64,000 nucleotides of DNA from an uncultured Gemmatimonadales bacterium (GTDB lineage: Bacteria; Gemmatimonadota; Gemmatimonadetes; Gemmatimonadales; GWC2-71-9). Position 1 is the stretch's first letter. Each line of letters begins with the position of its first letter. The position numbers and the translations under genes were made by a program. Below, piece by piece: positions 41,130-51,080 of this stretch. The DNA lies in contig CAWCVB010000002.1 of NCBI GenBank assembly GCA_963798915.1, forward strand, positions 704,001 to 768,000, read 5' to 3'. The notes under the pieces were generated by a model. It was not told where the DNA came from and did not search any database. It saw only the letters and a list, made by a program, of their open reading frames with translations.

Positions 41130-43145
41130 CTACCAGATGCGCGCCCGCGTCTCCGCCGGTGCCACCATCGGATCTCCTGCCTGACATTTGAATGCCGCCT
41201 GGAACTCCGGCATGTTGGCGAGCGGGCCATTGACGCGCCAGCGGGGCGGAGCATGGGGATCGACATTGACCAGGAGCTTGGCTGACTCCGGCCGGCGCAT
41301 GGCGCGCCATATCTGGGCCCATGCCAGGAAGAAGCGCTGGTTCGTGGTCAGCCCGTCGATGGGTGCCGGTTCGGGTTTGCCTTCGAGTGACTTGCGCAAC
41401 GCGTGATAGGCAATCGTGAGCCCGGCAAAATCAGCGATATTCTCTCCCAACGTGAGCTTGCCATTGACGTGGAAGGTGTCCACCGCCAGCAAGCCATTGA
41501 ATTGCTGGACGACGGCGTCGGCCCGCTTTTCGAAGGCGGCAGCATCGGCATCCGACCACCAGCCCGAGAGATTGCCCTTGGCGTCGTATTTCCTCCCCTG
41601 ATCGTCAAAGCCGTGCGAGATCTCGTGGCCAATCACCGCACCCATGCCGCCATAGTTGACCGCGTCATCCGCCTTGGGGTCGAAGAACGGCGGCTGCATG
41701 ATTCCGGCCGGGAAGACGACTTCGTTCATGCCAGAGTTGTAATAGGCATTGACCGTTGGCGGCGTCATGCCCCACTCGGTGCGGTCCACCGGCTTGCCGA
41801 TCTTGTTGATATTCCTCCGTACCTCGAACGCCTGTGAGTGCATGACGTTGACTGCGTAGGGCTGCGCCACGATGTCGAGCCCATCATACGAGCGCCATTT
41901 GTCGGGGTAGCCGATCTTGTTGACGATGGCGTCCAGCTTGGCATACGCCCGACGCCGGGTGGCGTCGGTCATCCAGTCGAGCTGGCCGATCCGCTCGCGC
42001 AGCGAGGCCCGGATGTTATGCACCATGGTCAGGGCGCGGGCCTTGGCTTCCGGCGGGAAATGCTCGCGCACAAATGCCTTGCCCAGGATGTCGCCCAGTG
42101 CGCGATCGGTAGCCGCGATGCATCGCTTCCAGCGTGGCTGCATCTCGGTGACGCCCTGCATCACGGTACTGTTGAACCGGAAGCTCTCGCGCTCGAGGTC
42201 GCTGTCCAGCGCCGGCCCCAGCCTGCGAACCGTGTGCCAGGCGAGGTACTCACGCCACTGCGGTACCGGCACCGCATCGAGCAGCGAGTCCAGCGCGTGA
42301 TAGAACCGGGGCGCTTCCACGTTGACGTCCTTCACCGATCCGGCAGCGCGTGCCGCGAGGAACCTGGGCCACGCCATGCCCGGCGCCACGCTGGTCAGGC
42401 GGCTGACCGGCATCAGGTGATAGGTGGTGTCCGGATTGCGACGCTCAACGCGAGTCAGCGACGCCCGGGCCAGTGCCGTTTCCAGCGCAAGCACGTGGTC
42501 AGCGGCATCCGCAGCCTGTGCGGTTCCCACGCCGACGAGTGCCAGCATGTGCGCCACGTGATCCCGGTACGCGTCGCGCAGCGCCACCGAGGCCGAGTCA
42601 GTCTTGAGGTAGTAGTCGCGATCGGGGAGGCCGAGGCCGCCCTGGGACAGCACGCCGATCATGCGGTCGCTGTGCTTGTCGTCCTGGCCGGCGCGAAACC
42701 CGAAACCCGCGTTCACTCCCAAATTCTGGAGCCGGGCGATCTCGTGCTCCACACCGGCCCGATCCTGCAGCACACTGATTTCGTCGAGCATCGGCTGGAT
42801 GGGAACCGTGCCGGTGCGGTCGATGGCCGTGGTATCCATGCAGCTGGCGTAGAACATTCCAAGTCGGCGCGCATCGGCACCGGGGCCCGGGCTGGCGGCG
42901 GCCGTCTCGAGCGTCTCCTTGAGCGCGGCATAATTTGCTTCCTGCAGCTCATTGAAGCTGCCCCACGATGCCCGGTCAGCGGGGATGGTGCTTCGCTTGA
43001 GCCAGCCTCCGTTGGCATAGGCAAAGAAGTCCTCGCAGGCGCTGCAGGTCGTATCCATGTTGGCCGGGTCGAGCGGCTTGGCCTGCTGCGCCGCCAGCGG
43101 CGCGACTCCTGCGAGCAGGAGCAGGGCGACAAGCGGTCGGGTCAT
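41130..43145 (-). CDS. M13 family metallopeptidase (PepO/neprilysin-like)
   Basis: DFFAYANGGW, VNAYY, HEISH, GENIAD, DPHAP. Confidence 0.96.
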   Translation of the reverse strand: MTRPLVALLLLAGVAPLAAQQAKPLDPANMDTTCSACEDFFAYANGGWLKRSTIPADRASWGSFNELQEANYAALKETLETAAASPGPGADARRLGMFYASCMDTTAIDRTGTVPIQPMLDEISVLQDRAGVEHEIARLQNLGVNAGFGFRAGQDDKHSDRMIGVLSQGGLGLPDRDYYLKTDSASVALRDAYRDHVAHMLALVGVGTAQAADAADHVLALETALARASLTRVERRNPDTTYHLMPVSRLTSVAPGMAWPRFLAARAAGSVKDVNVEAPRFYHALDSLLDAVPVPQWREYLAWHTVRRLGPALDSDLERESFRFNSTVMQGVTEMQPRWKRCIAATDRALGDILGKAFVREHFPPEAKARALTMVHNIRASLRERIGQLDWMTDATRRRAYAKLDAIVNKIGYPDKWRSYDGLDIVAQPYAVNVMHSQAFEVRRNINKIGKPVDRTEWGMTPPTVNAYYNSGMNEVVFPAGIMQPPFFDPKADDAVNYGGMGAVIGHEISHGFDDQGRKYDAKGNLSGWWSDADAAAFEKRADAVVQQFNGLLAVDTFHVNGKLTLGENIADFAGLTIAYHALRKSLEGKPEPAPIDGLTTNQRFFLAWAQIWRAMRRPESAKLLVNVDPHAPPRWRVNGPLANMPEFQAAFKCQAGDPMVAPAETRARIW

Positions 43146-43161
43146 GACGGGTCTCCGTTGC

Positions 43162-43635
43162 TCAGGATGTTGTGGCGTGGCGGTGGGCGTAGTCTAGGCC
43201 CCATTCCAGGTATTCCGGGCTGCGCAGTCCGATGCGCATCGCGCGCTCGACCGCCTCGTCCTCTGGAAGGTCCCGATCCAGGATGAAGTATGCGAGCATG
43301 GCGCCACCCACCCGGTTGGCGCTGCCGCAATGGAAGAACACCGGCTTGTCCCGATGCGCACGCAGGACCGAGAGGATCTGCTCCATTCTGTCGTCGCCGG
43401 TGGCTCCGGGGGAGACGGGGACATTCACGTACTCGAGGCCAGCCTGTCGGGCCCGGGCCGGTTCGTCAAAGGGGCGCGGCTCCATGGGATCTCGGATGTC
43501 GAGCACCAGCGCACCGCCGGCGGCCTTGAAGCGCTCCAGCTGTTCAGCGGTGGGCTGGCCGCCGGTGATGATATTGGGCAGGGGCTCGCAGACATTGCGC
43601 ACGTCCGAAAGCGCAGTCAGGGCGCTGCTTGGCAT
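43162..43635 (-). CDS. DUF442-like phosphatase/sulfurtransferase domain protein
   Basis: GGQPT, HCGSANRVG CX5R loop. Confidence 0.85.
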   Translation of the reverse strand: MPSSALTALSDVRNVCEPLPNIITGGQPTAEQLERFKAAGGALVLDIRDPMEPRPFDEPARARQAGLEYVNVPVSPGATGDDRMEQILSVLRAHRDKPVFFHCGSANRVGGAMLAYFILDRDLPEDEAVERAMRIGLRSPEYLEWGLDYAHRHATTS

Positions 43636-43661
43636 AGGGTGAACTCCGCGGTTGGGGCTTA

Positions 43662-43760
43662 GGCGCTGGGCGCTGGGAGCGTTGTTGTCGCATAGCGCAT
43701 CGCGCATCGCGCATCGCGCATGGCGCATGGCGCAGCTCCAGCTCTCAGCTCTCAGCTCTA
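43662..43760. repeat. heptamer arrays (GCGCTGG, CGCATCG/CGCATGG, CAGCTCT)
   Basis: Three adjacent 7-mer tandem families between DUF190 and the DUF442 gene. Confidence 0.8.
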
Positions 43761-44104
43761 TACATGATCACGTGGGCCCGCTCCAATGTGATCAGCCCGC
43801 CGCCGATCATCCGGTCGAGGTCGGGCAGCACCGAACGAATGGTCTCCTCCGTATCGATGCACTCGATCACCAGCGGCAGGTCCATGGAGAGCCGGAGGGT
43901 CTTCTCGGTATGAACTCGCGCGGTGGCGCCGAACCCGAGGATGCCGCGGAACACTGTGGCGCCAGCACACTGGCGTTCCCGCAGCAGGTGGACGATCGCC
44001 TCGTAGAGCGGCCGCCCTTCGTGCTTGTCCCGTTCGCCGATATGGATGCGCATGAGCATCCGTTCGCCTTCGAATCCGTGCATGGGAGCGCTCCTGTAGG
44101 ACAT
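43745..44104 (-). CDS. DUF190 (PII-like) protein
   Basis: RIHIGE, AGATVFRGILGFG, LSMDLPLVIE; typical crcB partner. Confidence 0.92.
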   Translation of the reverse strand: MSYRSAPMHGFEGERMLMRIHIGERDKHEGRPLYEAIVHLLRERQCAGATVFRGILGFGATARVHTEKTLRLSMDLPLVIECIDTEETIRSVLPDLDRMIGGGLITLERAHVIMYRAES

Positions 44105-44110
44105 GGTCGC

Positions 44111-44268
44111 GGGTCGTCGAGGGTCGAGGGTCGAGGGTCGAGGGTCGACCAAGCCCACGCTCACGTCCTTCCCGCGTTCGCGGGAGCGACGATGCTGCCA
44201 GCTTCGGCCTGCCCATCCTGCCCATCCTGCCCATCCTGCCTATCCCGTCTACCCTCCTGCTGCCCATC
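44111..44268. repeat. GGGTCGA heptamer and CCTGCCCAT nonamer arrays
   Basis: 4 exact GGGTCGA units at about 44121-44148; CCTGCCCAT x3 plus degenerate copies from about 44208. Confidence 0.8.
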
Positions 44269-44614
44269 CGGTGAACACGGCGCCGATCGAAATCACCAGA
44301 CTGAGCCCGACATAGACGGCGACCCGGCTCCACTCGCCATCCTGCATGAGCTTCATCGAATCATACGTGAAGGTCGAGAATGTGGTGAAGCCGCCGCAGA
44401 GCCCGACGGCGAGCGCGGCGCGCCATTCGGGGCTCACCGTGGGGCTCAGCAGGGACCAGCGCATCACCCAGCCCAGGGCAAATGAGCCAGCAATGTTGAT
44501 GAGCAGGGTGCCCAGGGGAAAATGGGGAGAGACGCGGGCGACGGCGCCGCCCAGCGCATAGCGCAGCACCCCGCCGAGGGCGCTGCCGGCCGCCACGTAC
44601 CAGATGATGCCCAT
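44249..44614 (-). CDS. crcB: fluoride efflux channel Fluc/CrcB
   Basis: GGVLRY, FPLGTLLINIAGSF, GLCGGFTTFSTF. Confidence 0.96.
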   Translation of the reverse strand: MGIIWYVAAGSALGGVLRYALGGAVARVSPHFPLGTLLINIAGSFALGWVMRWSLLSPTVSPEWRAALAVGLCGGFTTFSTFTYDSMKLMQDGEWSRVAVYVGLSLVISIGAVFTGWAAGG

Positions 44615-44634
44615 GTGCTCTACATTATCCTGCA

Positions 44635-46404
44635 ATGCTCCGCATTGCCATTGCCCAGTTTCGGCCCGCCAAGGGCGCCTACCGACAGAATCTTGAGCGG
44701 CTGGGCACGCTCTTCCGGGAGCTGGCCGCCGGAGAGGAACCACCGGACCTGGTACTGACGGCTGAGGCGGCGCTGACCGGGTACTTTCTGGAGGGTGGTG
44801 TCCGGGAACTCGCCCGCAGCGCGGAAAGCCTGTTCCAGGATCTCGAGGAGACGCACGCCGCCAGCGGGGCGCCGCCGTTCGACATCTGCATCGGCTTCTA
44901 CGAAGTGCATGACAACACCCTGCACAATTCAGCGATGTACGCGTCCCTGGGCGGCAGCGACGCGGGCATTCGGCATGTGCACCGCAAGGTCTTCCTGCCG
45001 ACCTACGGCGTGTTCGATGAGGAGCGGTTCGTGGAGCCGGGGCGATCGGTCGAAGCCTTTGACACCCGGTGGGGGCGTGCCGCCGCGCTGATCTGCGAAG
45101 ATGCCTGGCACAGCGTGATGCCGATGCTGGCCGCCCTCGACGGCGCCCAGATCCTGCTGGTGCCGAGCGCCAGCCCCGCACGCGGGATTACACCGGATGG
45201 CGACGACCAGCGGCCGGCGAGCCTGTCGCGCTGGGAACGTATCGCGCAGGACATGGCCGGCGAGCACGGCATCTACGTGGCCATTGCGCAACTGGTGGGT
45301 TTCGAGGGCGGGAAGGCGTTTCCCGGCGGCTCCCTGATCGCGGGCCCGCGTGGCGACCTGCTGGTGCGAGGCCCGGTCTTCGAAGACGCGCTGCTCCGGG
45401 CCGATCTCCCTCTGGAGGAAATCACCCGGGCCCGGGCCGACATGCCGCTGCTCTCCGATCTGGAAATGCGGCTGCCACACTTGCTGGAGGGTCGAGGGTT
45501 GAGGGTCAAGCGTCAAGGGTCAAGGGTCGCGAGTCGCGGCTCGCGGGTCACCGGCTCGACATTCGAAGTTCGGCACCCGACGCTCGACGACCCGCTCGCC
45601 ATCGAGGCCGGGCTGACGCGGAAGTGGCTGGTGGAGTTCATCCGGGACGAGCTTGGCCGCCGCCGCGGATTCAGCAAGGCGGTGCTCGGGCTTTCCGGCG
45701 GGGTGGACAGCTCGGTGGTGGCATGGCTCGCGGCCGAGGCCCTTGGCCCTGCCAACGTGATTGGCGTGCGGATGCCATATCGCAGCTCGAGCGCTGAAAG
45801 TCTGGAGCATGCCGAACAGGTGGCACAGGCCACCGGCATCGAGTTGCGGACGGTGGACATCAGCGATGCCGTGGATGCGCTCACCCGCGCGATTGGCGGT
45901 GCGACGACGCCGACGCGACAGGGTAACATCATGGCCCGCACGCGCATGATCACGCTGTTCGACCTGTCCGCCGCCTGTTCGGCCCTGCCGCTCGGGACCG
46001 GCAACAAGTCGGAGCGCCTGCTGGGCTACTTCACCTGGCATGCCGACGACTCCCCACCGATCAATCCACTGGGTGACCTGTTCAAGACCCAGGTCTGGGC
46101 GCTCGCGCGCGAGCTCGGCATTCCCGAGGAGATCATCGCCAAGCCGGCCAGCGCGGACCTGATCACGGGACAGACCGACGAGGGTGACTTCGGCATCTCC
46201 TACGCCCGTGCCGACCTCATCCTGCACTGGATCCTGCTGGGCTATCGGACGGAGGAGATCGTGGCGCGCGGCTTTACTGCCGAGGAAGTGGCGCTGGTGC
46301 GTGGCCGGCTGGATTCCACCCACTGGAAACGGAAGCTTCCCACCGTGGCGATGGTCAGCCAGACGGCGATCGGCGAGTACTACCTGCGACCGGTGGACTA
46401 TTGA
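44635..46404 (+). CDS. nadE: glutamine-dependent NAD+ synthetase (nitrilase + synthetase domains)
   Basis: HRKVFLPTYGVFDEERF, LICEDAW, GLSGGVDS, GTGNKSE, KPASADL. Confidence 0.95.
   Translation: MLRIAIAQFRPAKGAYRQNLERLGTLFRELAAGEEPPDLVLTAEAALTGYFLEGGVRELARSAESLFQDLEETHAASGAPPFDICIGFYEVHDNTLHNSAMYASLGGSDAGIRHVHRKVFLPTYGVFDEERFVEPGRSVEAFDTRWGRAAALICEDAWHSVMPMLAALDGAQILLVPSASPARGITPDGDDQRPASLSRWERIAQDMAGEHGIYVAIAQLVGFEGGKAFPGGSLIAGPRGDLLVRGPVFEDALLRADLPLEEITRARADMPLLSDLEMRLPHLLEGRGLRVKRQGSRVASRGSRVTGSTFEVRHPTLDDPLAIEAGLTRKWLVEFIRDELGRRRGFSKAVLGLSGGVDSSVVAWLAAEALGPANVIGVRMPYRSSSAESLEHAEQVAQATGIELRTVDISDAVDALTRAIGGATTPTRQGNIMARTRMITLFDLSAACSALPLGTGNKSERLLGYFTWHADDSPPINPLGDLFKTQVWALARELGIPEEIIAKPASADLITGQTDEGDFGISYARADLILHWILLGYRTEEIVARGFTAEEVALVRGRLDSTHWKRKLPTVAMVSQTAIGEYYLRPVDY
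45489..45551. repeat. 9 x 7 bp degenerate array in the nadE interdomain linker
   Basis: gggtcga gggttga gggtcaa gcgtcaa gggtcaa gggtcgc gagtcgc ggctcgc gggtcac. Confidence 0.85.
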
Positions 46405-46406
46405 GG

Positions 46407-46477
46407 GTCGACAGTCGACAGTCGACAGTCGACAGTCGACCGTTGACCGTCGACCGTCGACCGTTGACCGTTGACTG
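46407..46477. repeat. GTCGACA/GTYGACC heptamer array
   Basis: About 10 units directly after the nadE stop. Confidence 0.85.
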
Positions 46478-46484
46478 AGGACCC

Positions 46485-46949
46485 ATGACCCACGACTTCC
46501 ATCCCATGTCCCACTCGCGCGGCGAGATCAGCACGTTCGTGATGCCGCACATGCAGAACGTGCTGGGCGATCTCTTCGGCGGAAACCTGATGGCGCTGGT
46601 GGATCAGGCTGCGGCGGTGGCCGCCATGCGCCATGCCGGCGGCCCGGCGGTGACGGCCGCGATCGATCGCGTGGACTTCAAGGAGCGAATCCGGCTGGGT
46701 GAGCTGGTGACCTGCCTTGCCATGGTGGATTTCGTGGGTAACTCCTCGATGGACATCACCGTCACGGTTCACGCCGAGACGATCACCACCGGCCAGCGAC
46801 GGCTCACGCATGTGGCGCATTGCGTGTTCGTGGCCATCGACGAGCAGGGCCGGCCGAAGCGGGTACCCCGGCTCGTGGCGGAAACCGAGGAGGAGCGGGC
46901 CCGGTTCGAAGCGGCGCGGCAGCACCGGGAACGGAGCAAGCGGGCATGA
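46485..46949 (+). CDS. acyl-CoA thioesterase (hotdog fold)
   Basis: NVLGDLFGG...VDQAA, VTAAIDRVDF, FVAID. Confidence 0.93.
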   Translation: MTHDFHPMSHSRGEISTFVMPHMQNVLGDLFGGNLMALVDQAAAVAAMRHAGGPAVTAAIDRVDFKERIRLGELVTCLAMVDFVGNSSMDITVTVHAETITTGQRRLTHVAHCVFVAIDEQGRPKRVPRLVAETEEERARFEAARQHRERSKRA

Positions 46950-47773
46950 CACGCGTGGTGGCGGCGCTCTCGGGGGGCGGCGCCAAGGCGGCAGCCCACG
47001 TGGGTGCCATTCGCGCGCTGGACGAAGCGGACCTGCATGTCAGCCGGTATACCGGCACGTCGATGGGGGCGGTCATCGCGGCCGGTTTCTGTGCCGGGCT
47101 CGGCGCCGAGGAGGTGCTGTCCCAACTGGTTCAGGCGGGGAGCAGGGGTGTGGTGCGCCGGCTGCTCGCGCCGCTGGGCGGAATTTATGTGCAGGGCCTG
47201 ATGCGGCCGGAGCCGCTCCGCAGGGCCATCGAGGCATTCCTGCCGGTAGGGCGATTTGCCGAACTCCGGCTGCCGCTGACGGTGACAGCGGTGGACCTCG
47301 ACAGCGGGGAGCTGGTGTTGTTCGGCGATGGTGGCGAGGATGTGCCACTTGTGGACGCGCTGATGGCATCGTGCGCGCTGCCGGTCTTCTTTCCGGCGGT
47401 TCGCCTTGGTGGACGGCGGCTGGCCGACGGCGGGCTGCGTGGTGTGGTGCCACTGGAGCCGGCGCGCGCCGGCAATCCCGACCTGGTCGTTGCGGTGGAT
47501 ATTGGGCCCGGATTCGACGAGCTTGCATCAACGCCTTCACCCTATCCTTCACTGGTGCGGGCGCACAACGACGCGACCGGCATCCTGATGGCGGCCAACA
47601 GCGCGCTCGAGCTGGAACTCTGGCGCTCGGATCCGTCCCGGCCCCGGCTGGTGTACGTCCGGCCCAACGTCGAAAAGAACGTGACCTTTCGCATGGACCT
47701 GGCGCGCCGCTACTCCGATGAAGGGTATCGAGCGACGCGCGCCGCATTGAAGGAAGCAGGATTCTGCCAATGA
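46946..47773 (+). CDS. patatin-like phospholipase
   Basis: LSGGGAK, GTSMG, ASCALP, ADGG. Confidence 0.93.
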   Translation: MTRVVAALSGGGAKAAAHVGAIRALDEADLHVSRYTGTSMGAVIAAGFCAGLGAEEVLSQLVQAGSRGVVRRLLAPLGGIYVQGLMRPEPLRRAIEAFLPVGRFAELRLPLTVTAVDLDSGELVLFGDGGEDVPLVDALMASCALPVFFPAVRLGGRRLADGGLRGVVPLEPARAGNPDLVVAVDIGPGFDELASTPSPYPSLVRAHNDATGILMAANSALELELWRSDPSRPRLVYVRPNVEKNVTFRMDLARRYSDEGYRATRAALKEAGFCQ

Positions 47774-48198
47774 CCCAGGCAACGCGGTTATTTACACTCG
47801 AGGAAGCGGAGCGCACGCTGCCGCTGGTGAGCCGCATTGTGGCGGACCTGGTGGCCGAGCATCCGGGCTGGCGAGCGGGGGTCTCGGAATACGAGGCCCT
47901 CTCGCTCGCTGCCACGCCGGACAGCGGTGAGACCGACGCAATGGTCGCCGTCCGGACCGATGTGGCCCGGCGGGCCGAACGAATCGATGGCTTCCTCCAC
48001 GAGCTGGAGGAGATCGGCTGCCTGTTCAAGGGCTTCGAGTCGGGGTTGGTGGACTTTCCTTCGCTCCGCAACGATGAGCCGGTCTATCTCTGCTGGCACC
48101 TGGGCGAGGAGCACATCATCGCCTGGCACGAAATGGAGATCGGCTTTGCCGGACGGCAGCCCATCGATGACGGCATTCTCTCGGAGGCCGATGCATGA
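47770..48198 (+). CDS. DUF2203 family protein
   Basis: FTLEEA..LP, GLVDFP, YLCWHLGE..I..WH, GFAGRQPI. Confidence 0.9.
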   Translation: MTQATRLFTLEEAERTLPLVSRIVADLVAEHPGWRAGVSEYEALSLAATPDSGETDAMVAVRTDVARRAERIDGFLHELEEIGCLFKGFESGLVDFPSLRNDEPVYLCWHLGEEHIIAWHEMEIGFAGRQPIDDGILSEADA

Positions 48199-48644
48199 GC
48201 TCCTTCTGGCTGCTGCTCCACTTCCTCGGTTTCGCGGCCTGGGTTGGCGGCGGGTTCGGTTCGATGGTGGCCGGAGTGGCCGGGAGGAAGGAGAGCCGCG
48301 CCGGGCTTGGCGCCATCGCCCGGGCCCAGGCGACCATTCTGAAAGTCATCATCGCGCCAGGCGCGGCACTGGTCGTGCTGTCCGGGCTGATCCTCACCCT
48401 CAGGATGATGAATGCGATGACGTCAGCGCTCAATTCCTGGCTGATGGTCATGCAGGGCGCCGGCATTCTGGGCGCGCTGGTGGTGCTGCTGGGTGGCCTG
48501 CCGATCGCATCGCGACTGGCGCGACTGGATCCCGAAGGTCCCCATGCTGACCGGTTCGACGAATTGCGGAACCGCCAGCGGCTCGTGGCATCGGTCGCGG
48601 GTGTACTGGCGCTGCTGGCGCTGGTGGCCGGGGTGCTTTCGTAG
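48195..48644 (+). CDS. 4-TM hypothetical membrane protein
   Basis: LHFLG..W.GG start, four hydrophobic helices; ATGA coupled. Confidence 0.8.
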   Translation: MSSFWLLLHFLGFAAWVGGGFGSMVAGVAGRKESRAGLGAIARAQATILKVIIAPGAALVVLSGLILTLRMMNAMTSALNSWLMVMQGAGILGALVVLLGGLPIASRLARLDPEGPHADRFDELRNRQRLVASVAGVLALLALVAGVLS

Positions 48645-48698
48645 GACGGGCAGGATGGACCTCACCCGCGCGGGATTGCAGTCCGACACTCCCACAGT

Positions 48699-49838
48699 CT
48701 ACTCCAGCACCACCGGCGTGGTGCTGCTCTGGCCTCCGTTGAGCAGCTGCCCCTCGTTGCCGCGACCCCAGCAGGCAACCGTTCCGGAGGCAGTCGAGCC
48801 GCAATAGTTCGTAAACCCCCCGGTCAGGGTGCTGAAGCGCAGGTCTCCCGACACAGGCGTCGGCTCGTCCGAACGGGTTGCGCTGCCAGCGGGATCCAGG
48901 CCCAACGCGCCATCCGTGTTTGCCCCCCAGCACCAGGCCTTGCTGTCAGCGTCGATTCCGCATGAGGTGTAGCGCGCCGAAGCGAGGCTGGAGAAGGCAT
49001 GATGGCCGCTCACGGCGACCGGGTGATCGCTCTCAAGCGTGCCGGCACCCGCACCGAGCGCATCGATTCCCCAGCACCACGCTGCGCCGAGCCTGGTGAG
49101 CGCGCAGGCGTGAAGACCACCGGCGGCAATCTGCGTGAAGCCTTCGCCGATGCCCATGCGGATGGGCGTGCTCGAATGCTGATGCGTGATCACGTCGATG
49201 CCCCAGCACCACGCCACTCCGGCGACGTCGATCGCACAAGCGCCATTCTTGAAGGCGCTGACGGCAGCAAACTGCTTGCCTCCCGCCGCGACAATCGGCG
49301 TGCGACTGCACGGCAGTCCGCAGTCGTCACCAGCAGCATCGGTGCCCAGCTGGTCGGCCTCGTTGAGGCCCCAGCAGTAGACTTTTCCCGAGCGGCTGAG
49401 TCCGCAGGTGAAGAAATCGCCGGCCGTGAGTGAAGCGAAGTGCTCAGTGGTTGCCACCTTGGCGGGCCGGGCCTGGCAGGGAAAGCCATTGCAATCGTCG
49501 TCAGGTGTCGTGCCGATGCCAAGCTCCGCCTCACCGTTGTTGCCCCAGCACCAGGCCACGCCATCGGCGTCAAGAGCGCAGGTGTGCGCCGGTCCAGCAG
49601 TGATGGAAACAAACCGCTGGGCCACCGCCACTTCGACCTTGATCGTGTTTGCACTCGCCAGGCCATCACCGAGCTGGCCATACTGGCCCGCTCCCCAGCA
49701 GGTGGTGCCGCCACTGGCGATCTGGCAGAGGTGCCCTTGCCCGACGGCAAGTGCTGCCGCCGCTGAATTGCCGGATGGCGCCACCGCGTCGGAGCAGGCG
49801 GCACCCAACACGGCAAACAAGCTCATTGCCCAGCGCAT
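48699..49838 (-). CDS. RCC1/BLIP-II repeat beta-propeller lipoprotein (copy 3)
   Basis: Lipobox GAAC, repeats HTCAL..DG.AWCWG.N..GQLG. Start at 49838 (AGGAGG upstream) or 49889. Confidence 0.88.
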   Translation of the reverse strand: MRWAMSLFAVLGAACSDAVAPSGNSAAAALAVGQGHLCQIASGGTTCWGAGQYGQLGDGLASANTIKVEVAVAQRFVSITAGPAHTCALDADGVAWCWGNNGEAELGIGTTPDDDCNGFPCQARPAKVATTEHFASLTAGDFFTCGLSRSGKVYCWGLNEADQLGTDAAGDDCGLPCSRTPIVAAGGKQFAAVSAFKNGACAIDVAGVAWCWGIDVITHQHSSTPIRMGIGEGFTQIAAGGLHACALTRLGAAWCWGIDALGAGAGTLESDHPVAVSGHHAFSSLASARYTSCGIDADSKAWCWGANTDGALGLDPAGSATRSDEPTPVSGDLRFSTLTGGFTNYCGSTASGTVACWGRGNEGQLLNGGQSSTTPVVLE

Positions 49839-49888
49839 CCAGGCGCTCACCCTCCTGACTTCGTCCGGTGTCAGATGCATGGAGTGCA

Positions 49889-51079
49889 TCACGGCATGAC
49901 GACGACCGGTGTTCCGCTGTTCTGTCCACCGTTGACCAGTTGGCCCTCTTCGCCCCGTCCCCAGCATACCAGCGATCCCTCGGCGGTCAGGCCACAATAG
50001 TTGGCCATCTCGCCCGCCAGGGCGGTGAAGGAGAAATTGCCCGACACCGGCGTTGGTTCGTAGTACTGCGTCACCGTGCCATCGCGCTCGACTCCGACCT
50101 CGCCATTGCCATTGGCGCCCCAGCAGAACGCGTGACCCTGCTGGTCCAATCCACAGGACGTGACACGGCCGGACTGAATCTGGCGGAACGAGTGCCCACC
50201 GATCACGGGGACGGGAACGACGGTGAGCAGCACGCTCTCCCCCGCGCCCAGGGCATCCAGCCCCCAGCACCAGGCAGCGCCCCCGGCATCCAATGCGCAG
50301 GCATGAAAACCGCCAGACGCGATTTCAGTGAAGACCAGGCTGTCGCTGACCAGGGCGGGGGCAAGGGTGGGCGATTCGCCGCGGTGACGTTCGACGTCAC
50401 CCGAGGCGTCGTAGCCCCAGCACCAGGCCTTGCCGTCCGGCGCAAGCGCACAGACATGCGCCTTGCCGGCCGAGATCCGGTTGAAGTGCGCGCCATTGGC
50501 GGCCAGCAGGGGAGTGCGGCTGCAGCGAAGCGACTCGCAGGTGTCGCCACTCGCGGTGGTGCCCAGCTGCCCCTCGTCGTTCAGCCCCCAGCAAAGCACT
50601 GAGCCCGCGACGGTGAGTCCACAGGTGAAGCCGTACCCGGCGGCCAGCGCGCTGAAGCGATCCGAGGTGGCGACCTTCACCGGCACAGTCTGGCATGCGA
50701 TCCCGCCGCAATGCTGGTCAGGCAGTGATCCCGTCCCCAGCTCGCCACCGAAATTGGAGCCCCAGCACCAGGCCGCCCCCGCGTCGTCAATGGCGCAGGT
50801 ATGGGTGTAGCCGGCGGCGATCGAGCGGAAATGGGGCGGATCGGACAGGGGGACAGGAATGGTTTCAGCGGGTTGTGTGCCAATGCCGAGCTGGCCCAGA
50901 GTGCCGCGTCCCCAGCAGCGTGTGCTGGTGTCAGTGACGCGGCAAAGATGGGTTTCACCGATGGCGACCAGGGCCGGGGCTGGCGCCGTTTCCGGTCCGG
51001 GCCCGGGCCCGGTCGAATCGGAACAGGCGAGTGCCAGCATCGCCGTGAGCGACAGTCCTGCCAGCCGGCCGGGCGTCAC
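49889..51079 (-). CDS. RCC1/BLIP-II repeat beta-propeller lipoprotein (copy 2)
   Basis: GTG start, lipobox ALAC, seven CWG repeats. Confidence 0.88.
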   Translation of the reverse strand: MTPGRLAGLSLTAMLALACSDSTGPGPGPETAPAPALVAIGETHLCRVTDTSTRCWGRGTLGQLGIGTQPAETIPVPLSDPPHFRSIAAGYTHTCAIDDAGAAWCWGSNFGGELGTGSLPDQHCGGIACQTVPVKVATSDRFSALAAGYGFTCGLTVAGSVLCWGLNDEGQLGTTASGDTCESLRCSRTPLLAANGAHFNRISAGKAHVCALAPDGKAWCWGYDASGDVERHRGESPTLAPALVSDSLVFTEIASGGFHACALDAGGAAWCWGLDALGAGESVLLTVVPVPVIGGHSFRQIQSGRVTSCGLDQQGHAFCWGANGNGEVGVERDGTVTQYYEPTPVSGNFSFTALAGEMANYCGLTAEGSLVCWGRGEEGQLVNGGQNSGTPVVVMP

Positions 51080-51080
51080 C

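Noticed and set aside
44615..44700. Fluoride riboswitch upstream of crcB
   Set aside because: Only 20 bp of intergenic space and no recognisable aptamer sequence.
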